Positions 51,631-64,000 of a stretch of 64,000 nt of DNA are shown piece by piece (the stretch's first letter is position 1; each line of letters opens with the position of its first letter). Under the pieces are notes generated by a model. It did no database searches and had not been told where the DNA came from. It was given only the letters and a program-made list of their open reading frames with translations. A program made the position numbers and the translations under genes. The stretch is taken from the NCBI GenBank assembly GCA_037447605.1, contig CM074818.1:1872617-1936616 (forward strand), in the 5' to 3' direction. The stretch comes from Zygnema circumcarinatum SAG 698-1b (lineage: Eukaryota > Plantae > Zygnematophyceae).

Positions 51631-53189
51631 ATGCCCCGCTTCTTCCCGCCAGCCATGTCCGCAGCTCCCGGCTCCCCCTCCACCTCCCAGGATGCTTCCA
51701 ACGCACCCTCCCCTTCCGGCCTCTTCTCCTTCTTCCCACCTCCCCCTCCCCCTCCCTCCGCTCCGCCACTCTCTCCCTTTTGGCGGCAGCGGCGCAGCTC
51801 GGGGGACTTTCCCAGAAGCCGAGAGGAAGCTTCGCAGAAGAAGCCCAGCCGGCCGCGCCTCTGGGGCAGCTTTGATGCGGAAGTTTTGGATTGCACAATC
51901 TGCTTCACGCTCATGCGGCCGCCCATCTACCAGGTGGGAGGGGTTAAGGTTCAGGTTTTAGGGTTCAGGGTTCAGGTTTTGGGTTGAGGGATTGAGAGGG
52001 AGGGTGTATGATGGGGGGTTCAGCGATTGGGGTTTGTAAGGTTAGAGCTCAGGGTTTAATTTACTTTCTAGGCTTCAGCATTGAGGGGTGTATGGTTTTT
52101 TGCTGGGAATGTGGGGCTTTAAGGTGTTGGGATGTTGAGATTGGAAAGTTCAAGGTTTGAAACTGAAGGGTTTTGGGCTTCAGTGTGTTGAATCTGGGGT
52201 TCAGAGTCTTAGGGTACCGGCTTGGTAGGGTGAGAGAGAGTGTGAGTCGGAGAGCACCACCATGGGAGAGTGGAAGAATGCAGGAGTGGGAGAGGCCCCT
52301 TTAAGCCCCCTACTGACGTAATGTGGCTCTCTCTCTCCCTCTCTCTCTCCCTCCCTCTCTCTCTCCCACCTCCTCTCTCCCCCTTTAGCAGTGCTCCCAC
52401 GGCCATGTCATTTGCAGCGGCTGCAAAGTCCGAGTGATTTCGCAGTCCCCTTTGGGAGAGCGCTGCCTTTGTCCGTCCTGCAAAACTGAACTCGGAGATG
52501 TTCGAAATCTCGCTCTCGAGCAGCTCTCAGAGTCTCTCATGTGCGAATGCGCGCATGCGGAAAAGGGGTGTAATCACCTATCCCCTTTATGTGAATTAGA
52601 GCAGCACGTAAAAGAATGTTCGTTTCGACCTTTTAAATGCTCCATTTTTCAACCGTGGTGCATTTTTGAGGGGTACGTGGAGGAGGTAGTAGAGCATTTA
52701 ATGTTGATCCACTCCGCAAATTTGATTCAAGGGAAGGTGGTGGAACCTGGTCAAGGGTCGGGTTCAACTTCCGGAGGAGGTGGATCCGTTGGAACGATCA
52801 ACTTTGATGTGTTCATACCTGGACGCAAAGTATTGGACAGTCAGTTCTCCCATGTGGCTGTTTTGGCGCCCCCTCCTGAAGCTTCCGGGCTGCTTGGAAG
52901 CCAGTTTGTATTCTATCTTGGGAAGGTCTTCAGAGAGGGGGTGCAAATTGGCCACCACAGACAAACTGAGCCTGCGGGGGTCTATGTATTGACTGATAAT
53001 GAAGCGGCAAAGAACACCGTTTGTTCTATTTCTGTGGAGAGTGCAAATGGAACGCAGAAGCTCACATATGAAGGGGAGCCGGACAGCGCGAGGGAGTCGG
53101 CAGTGAAGTGCAGGATCCATGTTCCGAGTCACTTCTTTGGGCCGTCCGGAGGGAAGTTTGTTGTGAGTGTGAAGGTGAAGGGAGAGTGA
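51631..53189 (+). CDS. SINA/Siah-like RING E3 ubiquitin ligase, two exons (51631-51933, 52392-53189)
   Basis: LDCTICFTLMRPPIYQ|CSHGHVICSGC...CPSCKTELGDVRNLALEQ (SINA RING), then CAHAEKGC...HVKECSFRPFKC...C.F.G....VVEHLMLIH (SIAH zinc fingers) and a beta-rich C-terminus. Confidence 0.9.
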
Positions 53190-55179
53190 CAGGGAGAGAG
53201 AGAGTGGAGGGTACGGAGAGGGGGAGGGAGTGTGGGAAAGGGGGTTGTTGTGAGAGGTGGGGTGTGAGAGGGGGGGATGTTGGAGGGGTGTGGGAGGGAG
53301 GGAGAGGAGGGTGAGAGGGGGAGTGTGGGAGAGGGAGTGGTTGTGGGAGGTGGGGTGTGGAAGAGGAGGGTGTTAGAGGAGAGGTGTGGGAGGGTGGTAG
53401 GGAGGAGGAGGCATGAAGGCGTGAGAGAGGAGACTTTGGAGGATTATGAGAGAGGCTGCGTAAGAGGAGAGGCGACCATTTCGTGGTTTCAAGAAGTGTA
53501 GAGTTTCAGTCCGTGTAAGGTTCAGGGTTCATCTGTGTACATAGTTCTGCTTCCCCCTCCCCCTCCCTTTTTTTTTTCTTGCCCTCGAGGAGTTCGCAGA
53601 CGTTTTGTCTGTCACGGAATGTTTGTAACATAAGACGGATGCATGTTCAGTAGTTCCCTTTCCCCCCCCCTTTTTTTTTTTTTTCAGTTCACTTTGGAAA
53701 TAATGTCCTTGTCCGCCTCATTGAGGTTTCAGGATCGTCAGGGTTCAGAGTTAAGGACTTTTTGCCGTTTCCTCACAATGTAAATTCGTCAATTGAACTT
53801 TTTTTTTGTATCATAATGAAAATGAAGGTTCGTTTCTGGTACTCGTTCTATAATTTTTTTTCTCGCAATTTTATGCTTTTTGCTTAATGCGGTACTATTT
53901 TCCTCGCTCCGGCGCCCCTTATGTCTCTCACTCTCTTCTCTCCCTCTCTCTTACTCTCTCTCTCGCTTCTCCCCCCCTTCCCCCCCCCCCTCTCTCTGTC
54001 TTTTTTTCAACTTGCTGCCCTTTGATGTGTTTCGTGTATGTATTGCAAGAAAGCAAGCAACCCTAGAACCCTGAAAATATGTAAAAGGCCTTTTCCTTGA
54101 ATGTGCTGAACACTCTGGGAACCCAAAAAACTTCCCTGAACCCCTGAACCCTGAAATCCTAAGAATTTCGGAAAGCTAAAGTTGGGTTCCTGGTTTGCAG
54201 TTTGTGTTTTGCAACTTTTGACACATGATAATGAAGAGGATCTGCAGGCTTCTTCCAAGGTGTGATTCAAAGTTGCGTGTTTTGCTTGCTTAGGATTGTA
54301 TAGGATTTTATTTGGGTGCCGTTCTCTTTTCCCCTCTCTCCCCCCTCCCACTCCCTCTGTCCCTCTCTGTGGTGAACATTTTAAGTGCTAGAGAAGGCCT
54401 GGAATAACGCATGGTAGACGGCCTAAATCTTAAAGAACTGTGAAACCTAATTGCCAGTGGACTGACTTTTCCAATAACGGCCACTGGTAGGCTTTCAGGT
54501 TTGGAGTTTGGGGTTTGGGGTTTTGGGTTTTGGGTTTTGGGTTTTGGGTTTTAGGACCTTTAGGATTGCAGAAGCACTGGCATTAGAACGAAATGCTTTA
54601 TTGCTTTGTCGATGTCAATAAAATGTTGATGTCAATGAAAGAACAAAAAAATTTAAAAATGGAAAAAGGCGGGGGGGGGAGGTGATAAGATCGTAAGAGA
54701 TGGGGAGGGGAGAGGGAGAGGGGGGTTGGTGGGTGAGAGGGGAGTGGAGGGAGGGAGAGGGGTTAAAAGGGAGGGAGAAGAGGAGGAGAGGGGCAAGGGG
54801 AGAGAGGGGAGGAGGGTGGGGAAGGGAGGAGACGTCTTCTCTGAGTGGGAGAAAGACTTTGCTTCAGACGACGGTATTTTTTGACGATTGTACACGTGGG
54901 AGCTGTACTGAGGGCCACTGAACTGAACAAAGGCAGAGGGTGGTGGGAGAGGACGTGGTAGGGGAGGGGTTGACGGGATGAGAAAGGAGGTAGGTGGAAA
55001 GGAGGAGGTGGTAGGAGAAGGGCTGGAAGGAGGGGGTGGTGGAAGTGGGGATGGTAGGAGAGGATTAGGAGAGGGGGGTCGTGGGTGAGAGGGGAGGTGA
55101 AGACCTGCCAGGATCCACCTCCTTATCTCCTTCCTCTCATTTGCTCTCACTTCTATCATCTCCTTCTCGCTTCTCGCCC

Positions 55180-58100
55180 TCATCTCCCTTTCATCTCCTT
55201 CTCACCCCTCTCTCTCATCTCCCTCCTTCCTGCTCTGCGTAAGAAGCAAGAGCTTCCCCGGGCCGTCCCTCGCCACCTTTCGCTGCTCGCCAAGCTCCGC
55301 CAAAGATGCGTCCCAACCCAGAGATGGTCAGCTATAGGAGAGAAAGAAAGTGAGCGCGAGACGGAGGAGACAACGAGAACAGAGAGAAAGAAAGAAAGAG
55401 AGAGAGAGAGATAGAGCGAGAGAGAGAGAGTGCAGGCTACCTCGTAGTGGTGGTTGAAGTTGAGGCGAAGCAGCAGCTGGGCAATGAACGGCGCGTGGGG
55501 AGAGGCCGCCAGTCGGGGCACGCTCAGGACCATGTACAGCTGCTTCGCCTGCAGCTGAAAGGCCTGGGGGGGNNNNNNNNNNCCCCCCCCCCCCCCCCCC
55601 CCTTTTTCCCTCCGTACCGTCCCTCCATCACCGGCCCCCCTTCTTCTCTCCCCTCCCTATCCCCCCCTGTCTCCCACTCTCCATCATCCCCCCCCATATC
55701 CTCCCCTCTCTTTCCCTCTCCAGGACCCTTCCTCTTCACCCTCCCCCCTCTCTTTCCCTCCTCTCTCTCCCCCCCCCTCCCACTATCCTTCTCTCCTCCC
55801 TCTCCCTCCCCCATCTCCCTCTCCCTCTCCCTCTCCCTCCCTCTCACACCTCAGTAAGCTGCTGCAGAAAGTCCCCTGCCGGGCTCCCTCCCCCCCGGGC
55901 CACTCCGCGAGCAAAGTTCAAACATGACTCGAGTGCCGGCTCTATGAGACTTCGCACAATGTTCAAATTTTCAAAGGATTGGAAGAGAAGGGTGTCCAAA
56001 AACCTGCAATAAGTCAATACATATATATATGCTAGTATTAATTCTCACATCAAAACATGCAAAACCCAAATAGACCAACAAACAAATAGACACAGAAAGA
56101 GACTGTTAAACCTCTCTGAGAGAATACCGGCTGAGTGAGTATGGAATCTGCTCCCCACTCCTATTCACTCAGAGAGAGGCCTTTTGGTAGACAAGCAAAA
56201 TAAATAAATAAGCAACTAAAATAAGTTAAAAAACAAATGAAGTAAGGAAAAAAAAGTCACCACCACTTTATTGATTGAAGCGAAGATTCAAAAACCCTCA
56301 AACCGCTACAAGAGGTGTTGCAGTTAGACAGAGGAGATTTCGAAGGTTTCTGGCAGATACAAACTTTGAGAAATTTAGAAAAGTTTCTGAGAATTTAGGG
56401 GGAAAAAATGTTTCCTTAATGAGTGGAAATAGTTAGAGTCTCTCACGATTGGTGAGATTCCACAATTTGAGTGAAATCTTGAGAGCCATCGATTTTCTTT
56501 TGAAGTCGAACCCACTGGGCTTCAAGGACGGCCTGCCAGAGAGAAGTAAAGATGGAGGGAGATAGAGAGCGAGAGAGAGGGGGGGGGGGGATGAGAGAGG
56601 TGAGAGGGAGAGCGAGAGAGGGGGGAGGGAGAGGTGGGAGGGAGGGAGAGGGAGGGAGAGGGAGGGAGAGAGAGAGAGAGCGAGAGAAGGGGAGAGAGGT
56701 GAGAGGGAAAGAGAGAAGAGAGAGGGAGGGAGAGAGAGTGGAGGGAGAAAGAAACAGAGAAAAAGAGACAGAAAAAGGGGAGATAGATTGGGCAGGGGAC
56801 GAGAGAATACGGAGAATTCGTGCTCTGTTTCAAGGTTTTCAGAGTCTCCATAAAGGTTTGTGGAGGTTTCGAGTTTCCATATAAGTTCCGGTTCAGGTTT
56901 TGAGAATTTGAGATGATTTAAGGAGCTTTTTAGAAGAGATTAAGGGTATCAACTAGAGGTTTTAGGGTTTATAGGGTTTATAGGGTTTTTAGGGTTTTTA
57001 GGATCCTTAGCACTTTAAGGAGCTTTTAGGGACTTGAACGGTTAGCTCTAGACTCTGATCTCACATCCGAGAGAACTATACAAAAAAAAAAAAGCATAGA
57101 GCCATGAATACAGATGAGAAATAGAGCGAGTTTCCTTGCCAACATAACTACAGTTGTTGTCATATTACTATCATCATTTATTTCATATTATTGTTATTAA
57201 CAAAAATTCTTATCATGAATGTTGTTAATGTTATCATTTTGTTCATCATTAGTGGTAGAGTTAGTTTTCTTTGATCTTGACTATAGGAACATGGAAGCCA
57301 CCTGGATGTAGTACTGAAGGTTGACCACAAGCACAGTCATGAGATTCCTGAGATACCATAGCGGCGACCTCCTCCTCTCCCTCTCTCTCACAGCCTCTCT
57401 CTCCCTCTCTGTCGTGCTCCTCGCGTCCCTATCCCTCCTCTCTCTCTCCCGCACCATCTTCCATGCCTCCCCCAGCTGCACCTGCACGCGCTTCAGTCGG
57501 AGGAGGTAGCGGAACATGTGGTTGTACCTGTGTGAATGAGAGAGAGAGAGAGGGGGGGAAAGAGAGTGCAACCACTCCTACAGTTAGGGTTTCTGGGTTT
57601 TCTATGTACTCATGCTTTCTAGGGTTGCCGGGTTGGGATGAAGTTTTACTGCACTATTCCCTCTCCCACCTCCCTCCCCCTCACGGATGAGAAGTCCCCT
57701 ACCACACACGAGCTTACTCCCACCTCGACAGAGCAAAATGGACCCTTACCCTCCCTTCCCCTCCCGTCCTCTCAAGAACGGAAGCCATTCACACACCCAC
57801 TTCACTCTCACCTCCTCAACACTAACCACCTTCCTCTCTCTTTCTCTCTCTCTCTTTCATCACTTGTATAAGGGAGAAGTGAGGTGTTCATACTTGCTCA
57901 GAATTTTGTCGTCAATGAAGATAGACAGGGGCCAGTCAACTCTGTATCCGAGGGAGAGGTCATTCCACCCATCTCCCTCCTGCAACTTTCTCACAATACT
58001 ACCTTCTCCTCCCACTCCTGTCGGCTTTATAACTTGAAATTGAGAAGCAGCAGAACTGCTTGAAGGAGTGTTTGCCAGTTTTGACATTCTGCACAGAGAT

Positions 58101-58274
58101 AAACGAGCCATGGTAAACATCAGTTTCTTTTTTATTTCTGTGAATTGTAGAAAGAAATAGTCGGCTTTTGAGCGTGTTAAGAGCACTGGAGAATTTGTGA
58201 ACGATATTTACCTGAGATTGATGTGCGAGAAGAAGCCATCTCCTGCACAGCCTGTATCTACTGCAGCCTGTTTT

Positions 58275-58312
<38 letters not shown>

Positions 58313-61300
58313 AGAGCGCGAGAGAGAAAAAAAGAAGAGAGAGAGAGAAAAAGAAGAGAGAGAGAGTGAGAGAGATAGAAGGGGGGAGGAGGTTCATATG
58401 ATGACTGTGACCATTGCTGCAGTTATTAAGCAGACGCAAAAATCCCTATGAAAGTCACGAAAAATATGCGTGTGTATGTGGTATGTGTGTGGTGTGTACT
58501 GATAGGAATAGCGACACCATTCACAGGTTTAAACAACAAGGGATATCCTAACATTCCACCTTCCCTCGCTCTTCCTCTCCTTTCCCCACTCTCTCTCCCA
58601 CTTCCACCATCTCTTGCTCCTTTTCCCGCCCGTCCACACACTCGCCTCCTCCCCCTCACCCTCCCCTCATGGCCCCTGTCTCATCCCCCCTTCACCCTAC
58701 TCCCTCTACCTCCCAGCTATCCAGGTCCTTCCACCTCCCTCCCTCCTTCCGACTAGCCTTCCCTTATCCTCTTCCCTTTCCCCTTCCCCTATCCCACCTC
58801 CCCCCTCCCCCACTCTACCCCTCCCTCTCCCACCCAGGGAACCCCCCCCCCTCACCTCCTGGAAGTGAGTTTGTAGCTCCGCCACGGAAGAGTCCGCTTT
58901 GAGCCGCGAAAGGGAATTGCTGCTCTGAAGGAATGCCTGCTCTCCCATTTCCTCCAAATAAGTCTCGCCCTTACTTGATGAAGTGAAATAAGAACAATAT
59001 TTAGATAAAATAAATGAAGGCGACAATGTAAAAATGAAGACTGGGGTCGAAAATGAGCTTCTGCTTACGTATCCCAGTTTCGCAGATTATTAGATTAGGA
59101 TATCTGGAGCATTTAGTAAACAAAAAAAGTCCCTTTTTTTGCGATAGTGCACGTATATTCCTGTCAATCTGACTGTATCGAGATACAATGAAAGGATGAC
59201 GATTTCTAAGAGTTACATATTGCTATCACTCTCTACCTTCATCCTCCAATTTATCATAACATCTGACGCTGGTCCCAAATCTGCTGCTTAACGTCGAAGT
59301 TTGAGCTTCCAGTTAACAAATATAGAGTTAAGATTTTCGAGGTAAGCTCTTGGAGTTAAACCTAGAGGGGAGGGAGGGAGGGAGGGAGGACCTGGAAAAA
59401 ATCGCCTTTTCCCAGGAGAAAATAATCCTTTAAACCATGTAGTACTCCAACCACGTCAGCATGCACCACCATTAACTGCATTCACAGGAACCTCCAAACC
59501 CAATTGTCACCTTTCTCTCCCTTCTGATTCTCTCTTCTCTCTCGCTTCTCTCTCCTCTTGGCTTCTTCTTCCTCTCCTCTGGTCGTCTCCTCGTAACTTC
59601 TCTCTTTTACTCCTCTCTCGCTCGTCTCTCCTCTCGCTTTTCTCTCTGTCTCTACCTCTCCCGCCTCTCTCTTCACTCTCCGCTGGTCTCTCTATCCTCT
59701 CCACTCCCTTCTCTCACTTGCCTCTCCTGTCTCTATCTCGCCCGTCTCTCTTCACTCGTCGCTGTTCTCTCTCTTTTCTCCACTTTTGTTCAATTTTATT
59801 CAAGTTAATTTTAATTGGCTTGATGCTTACCTCCCACAGCTGTTTTCCCACTATTTCACAAATTTTGGCTACTGACTGCTCAAAATTTAACAGATCAAAC
59901 ACAGGCGCCACCTGCAAGCCCCCTCCTCCCCTCCTTTTGTGAATCACTTTTCGGGTTTCTCGTGATTTGAGGTCTTCAGTGCTCCAACGGTTTCTAAATC
60001 TCTTTCGAAATGTTTAGTTCATTTAACGTCCTTCGGTTTGATACTTTGAGCAATATCATATAGCATTAGCGAAAGCAAGAGAGACGGGGGGAGAGACAGA
60101 GAGAGAGAGAGAGTATCGGTAGATTCAAGCGTACTAAGTACTGTAGTCTTACACATTATCTACCATTTTGACGGCCCTACAAACATGATACTCTAATGAT
60201 GAGTGAATAGTCTCTACACAATAGTCAATATACATATTATATTGAGGTACTGACTATTCACTGTTCATGTTTTTGTTACCTGCAGGCTCCATAGAGTCTC
60301 CACAATCAGATTTGCCTTCTCTCGAGGGAGAAGCTCTGCAGATTTGAAGCCATTGCTTCGGCTTTTGAATTTAGGGCTCGGGTTGCGCAGCAAACGCACA
60401 GTCTTTCCAACAAAAAGGATGGAATTTGCAAGCTTCGGAGAAAAGTAAGACGGAAGCATTTCCTGCACTCCCGCATCCAATAATATCGACAAAAGTGAAA
60501 TAAAAATAAAACTAAGAATGCGTAGAAATGATGTTTCAGTAGTGATCACATATTGGTAAACAGCAAGTTACGGAAATTCTATGAGACAATATCCCTACCT
60601 CCCGAATAGAGAAGTCCTCCTCCCAATCAGGGTTGTGGATGTCGGCAGATTCTCTCCCTCTGTCCTCTCACATCACACCTTCCCACTCTCATAGGGCGCA
60701 CTTTTCTTCCCAATCACGATAAATCTATGAATTAAACAATTTCTAAAAGTTCACAATGTAACGCTCCTGTCTTCCCTGTTGCGATCAAGAGCAAATAAGA
60801 AAGAGAGAGAGAGAGTGTGTGGGAGAGAGAGAAAGAGAAAGGGAGAAAGGGAGAGGGCGAGTGAGAGAGGGAGAGGGAGTGGGTGTCTCAATGCTGTTGC
60901 TGGTGGTATTGTAGAGAGAGTTACGTTTTTTGGTACCTGGCAATAAAGAATTCATCGTATGGATCCTTCAAAATTCCATACACCATCCAGTTGCTAAGCT
61001 GACGAAACATAGTAAAGTGACAGTGCCAAAGCAGCCTGAAAGGAGAAAAAACGCAAAGGAAGATTACATCGCAGTAATAGTATCAAACATAGGCACTTAT
61101 ATAACAGTAACTCTGAGCACATATAAGTTTGTACGTTTGTCTGTATGCATGTATACATATATGAATGTTTAGATAGGGATTATACATATATACTATTCAC
61201 TTTAAGGCATGCATGCATCATGAAACACGGCTCGGCGCCTGATGAAAGAATCTTCAATAGATTAAGGCTCCAAGACATGGAAACCCTAAATCCTGTAAGC

Positions 61301-63224
61301 ATAGATTTCAGTGCATTAGGAGGGCTGCTTTGCCAAGCTGAACGTCCGTACTTGCTCATGCAGTCCTTCAAAACAGGCACTCCAAAACTCTGCTTCTCTT
61401 CATAGAGGAGACTTAGCAGATGCCCTCCTCTTAGATTCTTTTGTTGGATTCGGCAAAGAATGGCATGTATTGGTGGGAAGATTGTTTGAAACTGCACAAA
61501 TAAAAGTACAAAATGTAGGTAAACTCTCTATGCTTCATGATACAACAACTTCCAGCTACCGGCTCTGCACATAATCACTCTACTTACAAGAGATACGTCC
61601 GTAAGGAAGATATTCAAGACTACTTTTAGTCTGAATATGCATTTTAGAAGGTAAGGAAAGAAATGCAACAACACTACTTGCATGTTTCTAAATCTGAGAG
61701 TTTTAGTGCCATATTTTACTGAACATCTAGGGTAGTACCGAAGACACTTTGCCCCTCATTACTCACCGTACTCATCCGTCTTGCAATCGTATACACATCT
61801 GCCAACGAGTCATTTAAAATGTCACCTTCCGCATTCACTAACTCCTCGCGATATACTGAAAGTACTTCCTCCAGCCCTGTCGCCAGAGCTTCCTGATAGC
61901 GGCTCCGTCTATGTTCCTGCAGTAGTGTATGCCCCTGCCTCTCTCCCACCCCCCCACTCTCTCTCTCAGGAGGCTCGCTCTCCCAAGCACTCTCGTCGGG
62001 GCTCTTCTCCCAAGGAGTCTCCGCTTCTTCTTTGAAGAAACGACTGCTAGCTCTACGCACAGAGTCTGCAAAGTTTGAAGCTCCTTTGGTAAAAGCAAAG
62101 ATTTCACGGTAGTAAAAGCCGAGAGGAAGAAGCTTTTCAACCTCAGACCTGGCAGACAAGAGGCGGATCATGAGGAGGAGGCAATCGTATAAGGAAATTA
62201 TTCATCGTGAGGACATACATCATTACCATTGTGAGGATGTGAGTTAGCATTAGGATGTGAGGTGTGTACGAATGCATGTCTGTGATAGAAGGTGCAAGAA
62301 TACGAGGGACTGAGTGACGAAGGGGGAACAGAGAAAGAGAGAGAGAGGGGGAACGTTGAGAGGGGAGACAGGCGGAGGAGAGAATATGAAGGTGTACCGG
62401 GAAGAGAGAGTGTGGTAGAGGGACGAGGGGCGAACCGGGAGGAGTGGAGGGAGAGATCAGGCAGAGACAGCGGGAGGGAGAGAGGGAGAACGACTCGAGA
62501 AAAGGAGGGAGAGGAGACAGGGAGGAGAGGAAGAACGAGAGGGAAAGGACAAGGAGACGGAGAGGGGAAGGGAGAGGGGAAGGGAGAGGGGAGAAAGAAA
62601 GAGGCTGTTTCAATTACAATCAAGCTTCACTATCGGCCATAGTATCGGAAGCCAAAAAAGAAATATAACTGAGGAACTGACTAACTGACTTTACAAACAT
62701 GATTAAACTAGGAGCATATAAAAAGGTTAGCTTAGTTTAGTTAGGTTGGTTAGCTACAAGTGTTTTGCTTCCCTTTACTTCTTTCTCCTCTCTCTCTCTC
62801 CCTCTCCTTTTTTTCTTTTACTGAAACAGAATAAGTGAATAGACCGGACCTGAAATTTCTTCAATTTTTTGTGAAGTTTCCAAACAGCTGTAAGCTCAAT
62901 CATATGCCGATTTTTTAACCGCAATTTCACGGAACGTACTGAAATTTTGCGAGAGAGAAAGAGGGAGGGGGAGACAAAGAGAGAGAGATGGAACAATGCA
63001 TGTCGGAGTCATTAGCAAATCACTCACTTTTTCAGATTTCCCTGCAGAAAAAAATTAAGGACTTGCCGATGATCCGAACTGTTAGAGTCTTCCTCAGCGC
63101 TTTCCGCTTCAATGTAAAGCTCAGACGAGAGATGAACATTTTTAGGGTTGAATGTTTGGAACAATTCGTCTGAAAACACATCTCCGGAGCAGCCAGCCAG
63201 AGCAAATATGATGTCCCTCTCCAT
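55180..63224 (-). CDS. GCP4: Gamma-tubulin complex component 4, multi-exon
   Basis: MERDIIFALAGCSGDVF; LGFYYRE; LRGGHLL; LLWHCHFTMFRQLSNWMVYGILKDPYDEFFI; ILFVGKTVRLLRNPSP; LKDYFLLGKGDFFQ; GWNDLSLGYRVDWPL; FRYLLRLKR; NLQYYIQ; LLLRLNFNHHYE. Last exon and one or two small 5' exons are uncertain. Confidence 0.92.
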
Positions 63225-63587
63225 TGCAGGAGAGGAGAGGAGGAAGCCGCAGATTTGGAAGGGAGAGAGAGTGGGGGAGAGAGAGAGAGAGACGGAGAGA
63301 GTTGTAGGGAGAAGGAGAGCAGTGGAAGGAAGGGAGAGGCGGGACCGCAGGAGAGGAAGAGAGAGAGAGAGAGAGGGAGAGAAATGGGTAGAGAGATAAT
63401 GTGCTGAGCTAGGCCTCCAGGCGAGCGGAGAGAGCTCAGAGAGAGGGAGAGAACGAAAGCGGGAGAGTGATTTGCAAATGCAAATTTTGAAAGGAGCGAC
63501 GGCTGTCTTGCCGATATCTTCCGATATATCGTTTTAAATTGGACAGTACGGGTTGACGATATGACAATACGTTGCGGTATATATATT

Positions 63588-63733
63588 GGGAATTTCTACT
63601 TACACACCTTTTTATCTATTTACACACCTTTTCTTAAAAAATAACCCCAATACCACATAAACCCTAAAGTAAATTCTGACGGGCAAAAAAAGATGAGTAT
63701 CTAGACAAAAAAGGTGTGTAAATAGCATTTTCC
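63588..63733. mobile_element. Small MITE (146 bp) whose TIR resembles the 1-kb foldback element
   Basis: GGGAATTTCTACTTACACACCTTTTTATCTA ... TAGACAAAAAAGGTGTGTAAATAGCATTTTCC; no clean TSD. Confidence 0.7.
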
Positions 63734-63849
63734 TTATAGATATCGCGATATGGATATTGCGATATTCGATATTTTGCCACGGTATCATATCGAGAACGAG
63801 CGGCACCCCGTGCGGCTGAAGCTTCTTTCTCGCACTTGCGAGACAACAA

Positions 63850-63983
63850 AAACCCAGTTTCTTTTGAAAAACCAAATTTATTGCCAGCTCGGATCGGGTA
63901 CAAATGGGGCGTAAGTGTGGATAGAAACCCAGTTTGGATTAAAAAACCAGTTTTTTGTCAGCTCAGATTGGGTACAAATGGGG
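63850..63983. repeat. Imperfect direct repeat, 75-bp period, 2 copies
   Basis: AAACCCAGTTT...CAGCTC.GAT.GGGTACAAATGGGG at 63850 and 63925. Confidence 0.8.
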
Positions 63984-64000
63984 TCTTTCAGACAGCCAGC

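Noticed and set aside
60196-60253. Box C (ATGATGA) / box D (CTGA) snoRNA candidate
   Set aside because: The boxes are on the plus strand whereas the host intron is transcribed from the minus strand, and no guide complementarity was recognised.

Overview
Eukaryotic, intron-rich nuclear DNA of the green-plant lineage. Plant-type gene families, TTTAGGG-like repeats and very microsatellite-rich introns suggest a streptophyte alga or early-diverging land plant; the species is not determinable from the window. I reconstructed nine protein-coding loci by hand from splice sites and motifs. From left to right: a ZYP1-like coiled-coil protein (-, runs off the left edge); a ubiquitin-like + RBR-type RING1 protein (-); a SKIP14-like F-box protein (+); a 16-exon cytosolic-type glutathione reductase (-); RPAP3/TPR5 (-); a ~1900-aa membrane protein with a giant disordered ectodomain (+); an NPH3/NRL-like BTB gene split by a retrotransposon (+); a SINA-like E3 ligase (+); and GCP4 (-). 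The main mobile element is a young Ty1/copia element with apparently identical 812-bp LTRs, a GTTCC target-site duplication, a gag ORF that appears to start inside the LTR and a locally wrecked RNase H. There are also two hAT-type MITE copies with 8-bp TSDs (one carries a nested 1-kb foldback element), a Tc1/mariner-type MITE, two tiny MITEs and several satellites. I found no supportable tRNA, rRNA or CRISPR array. All homology calls rest on remembered family motifs, not database searches.
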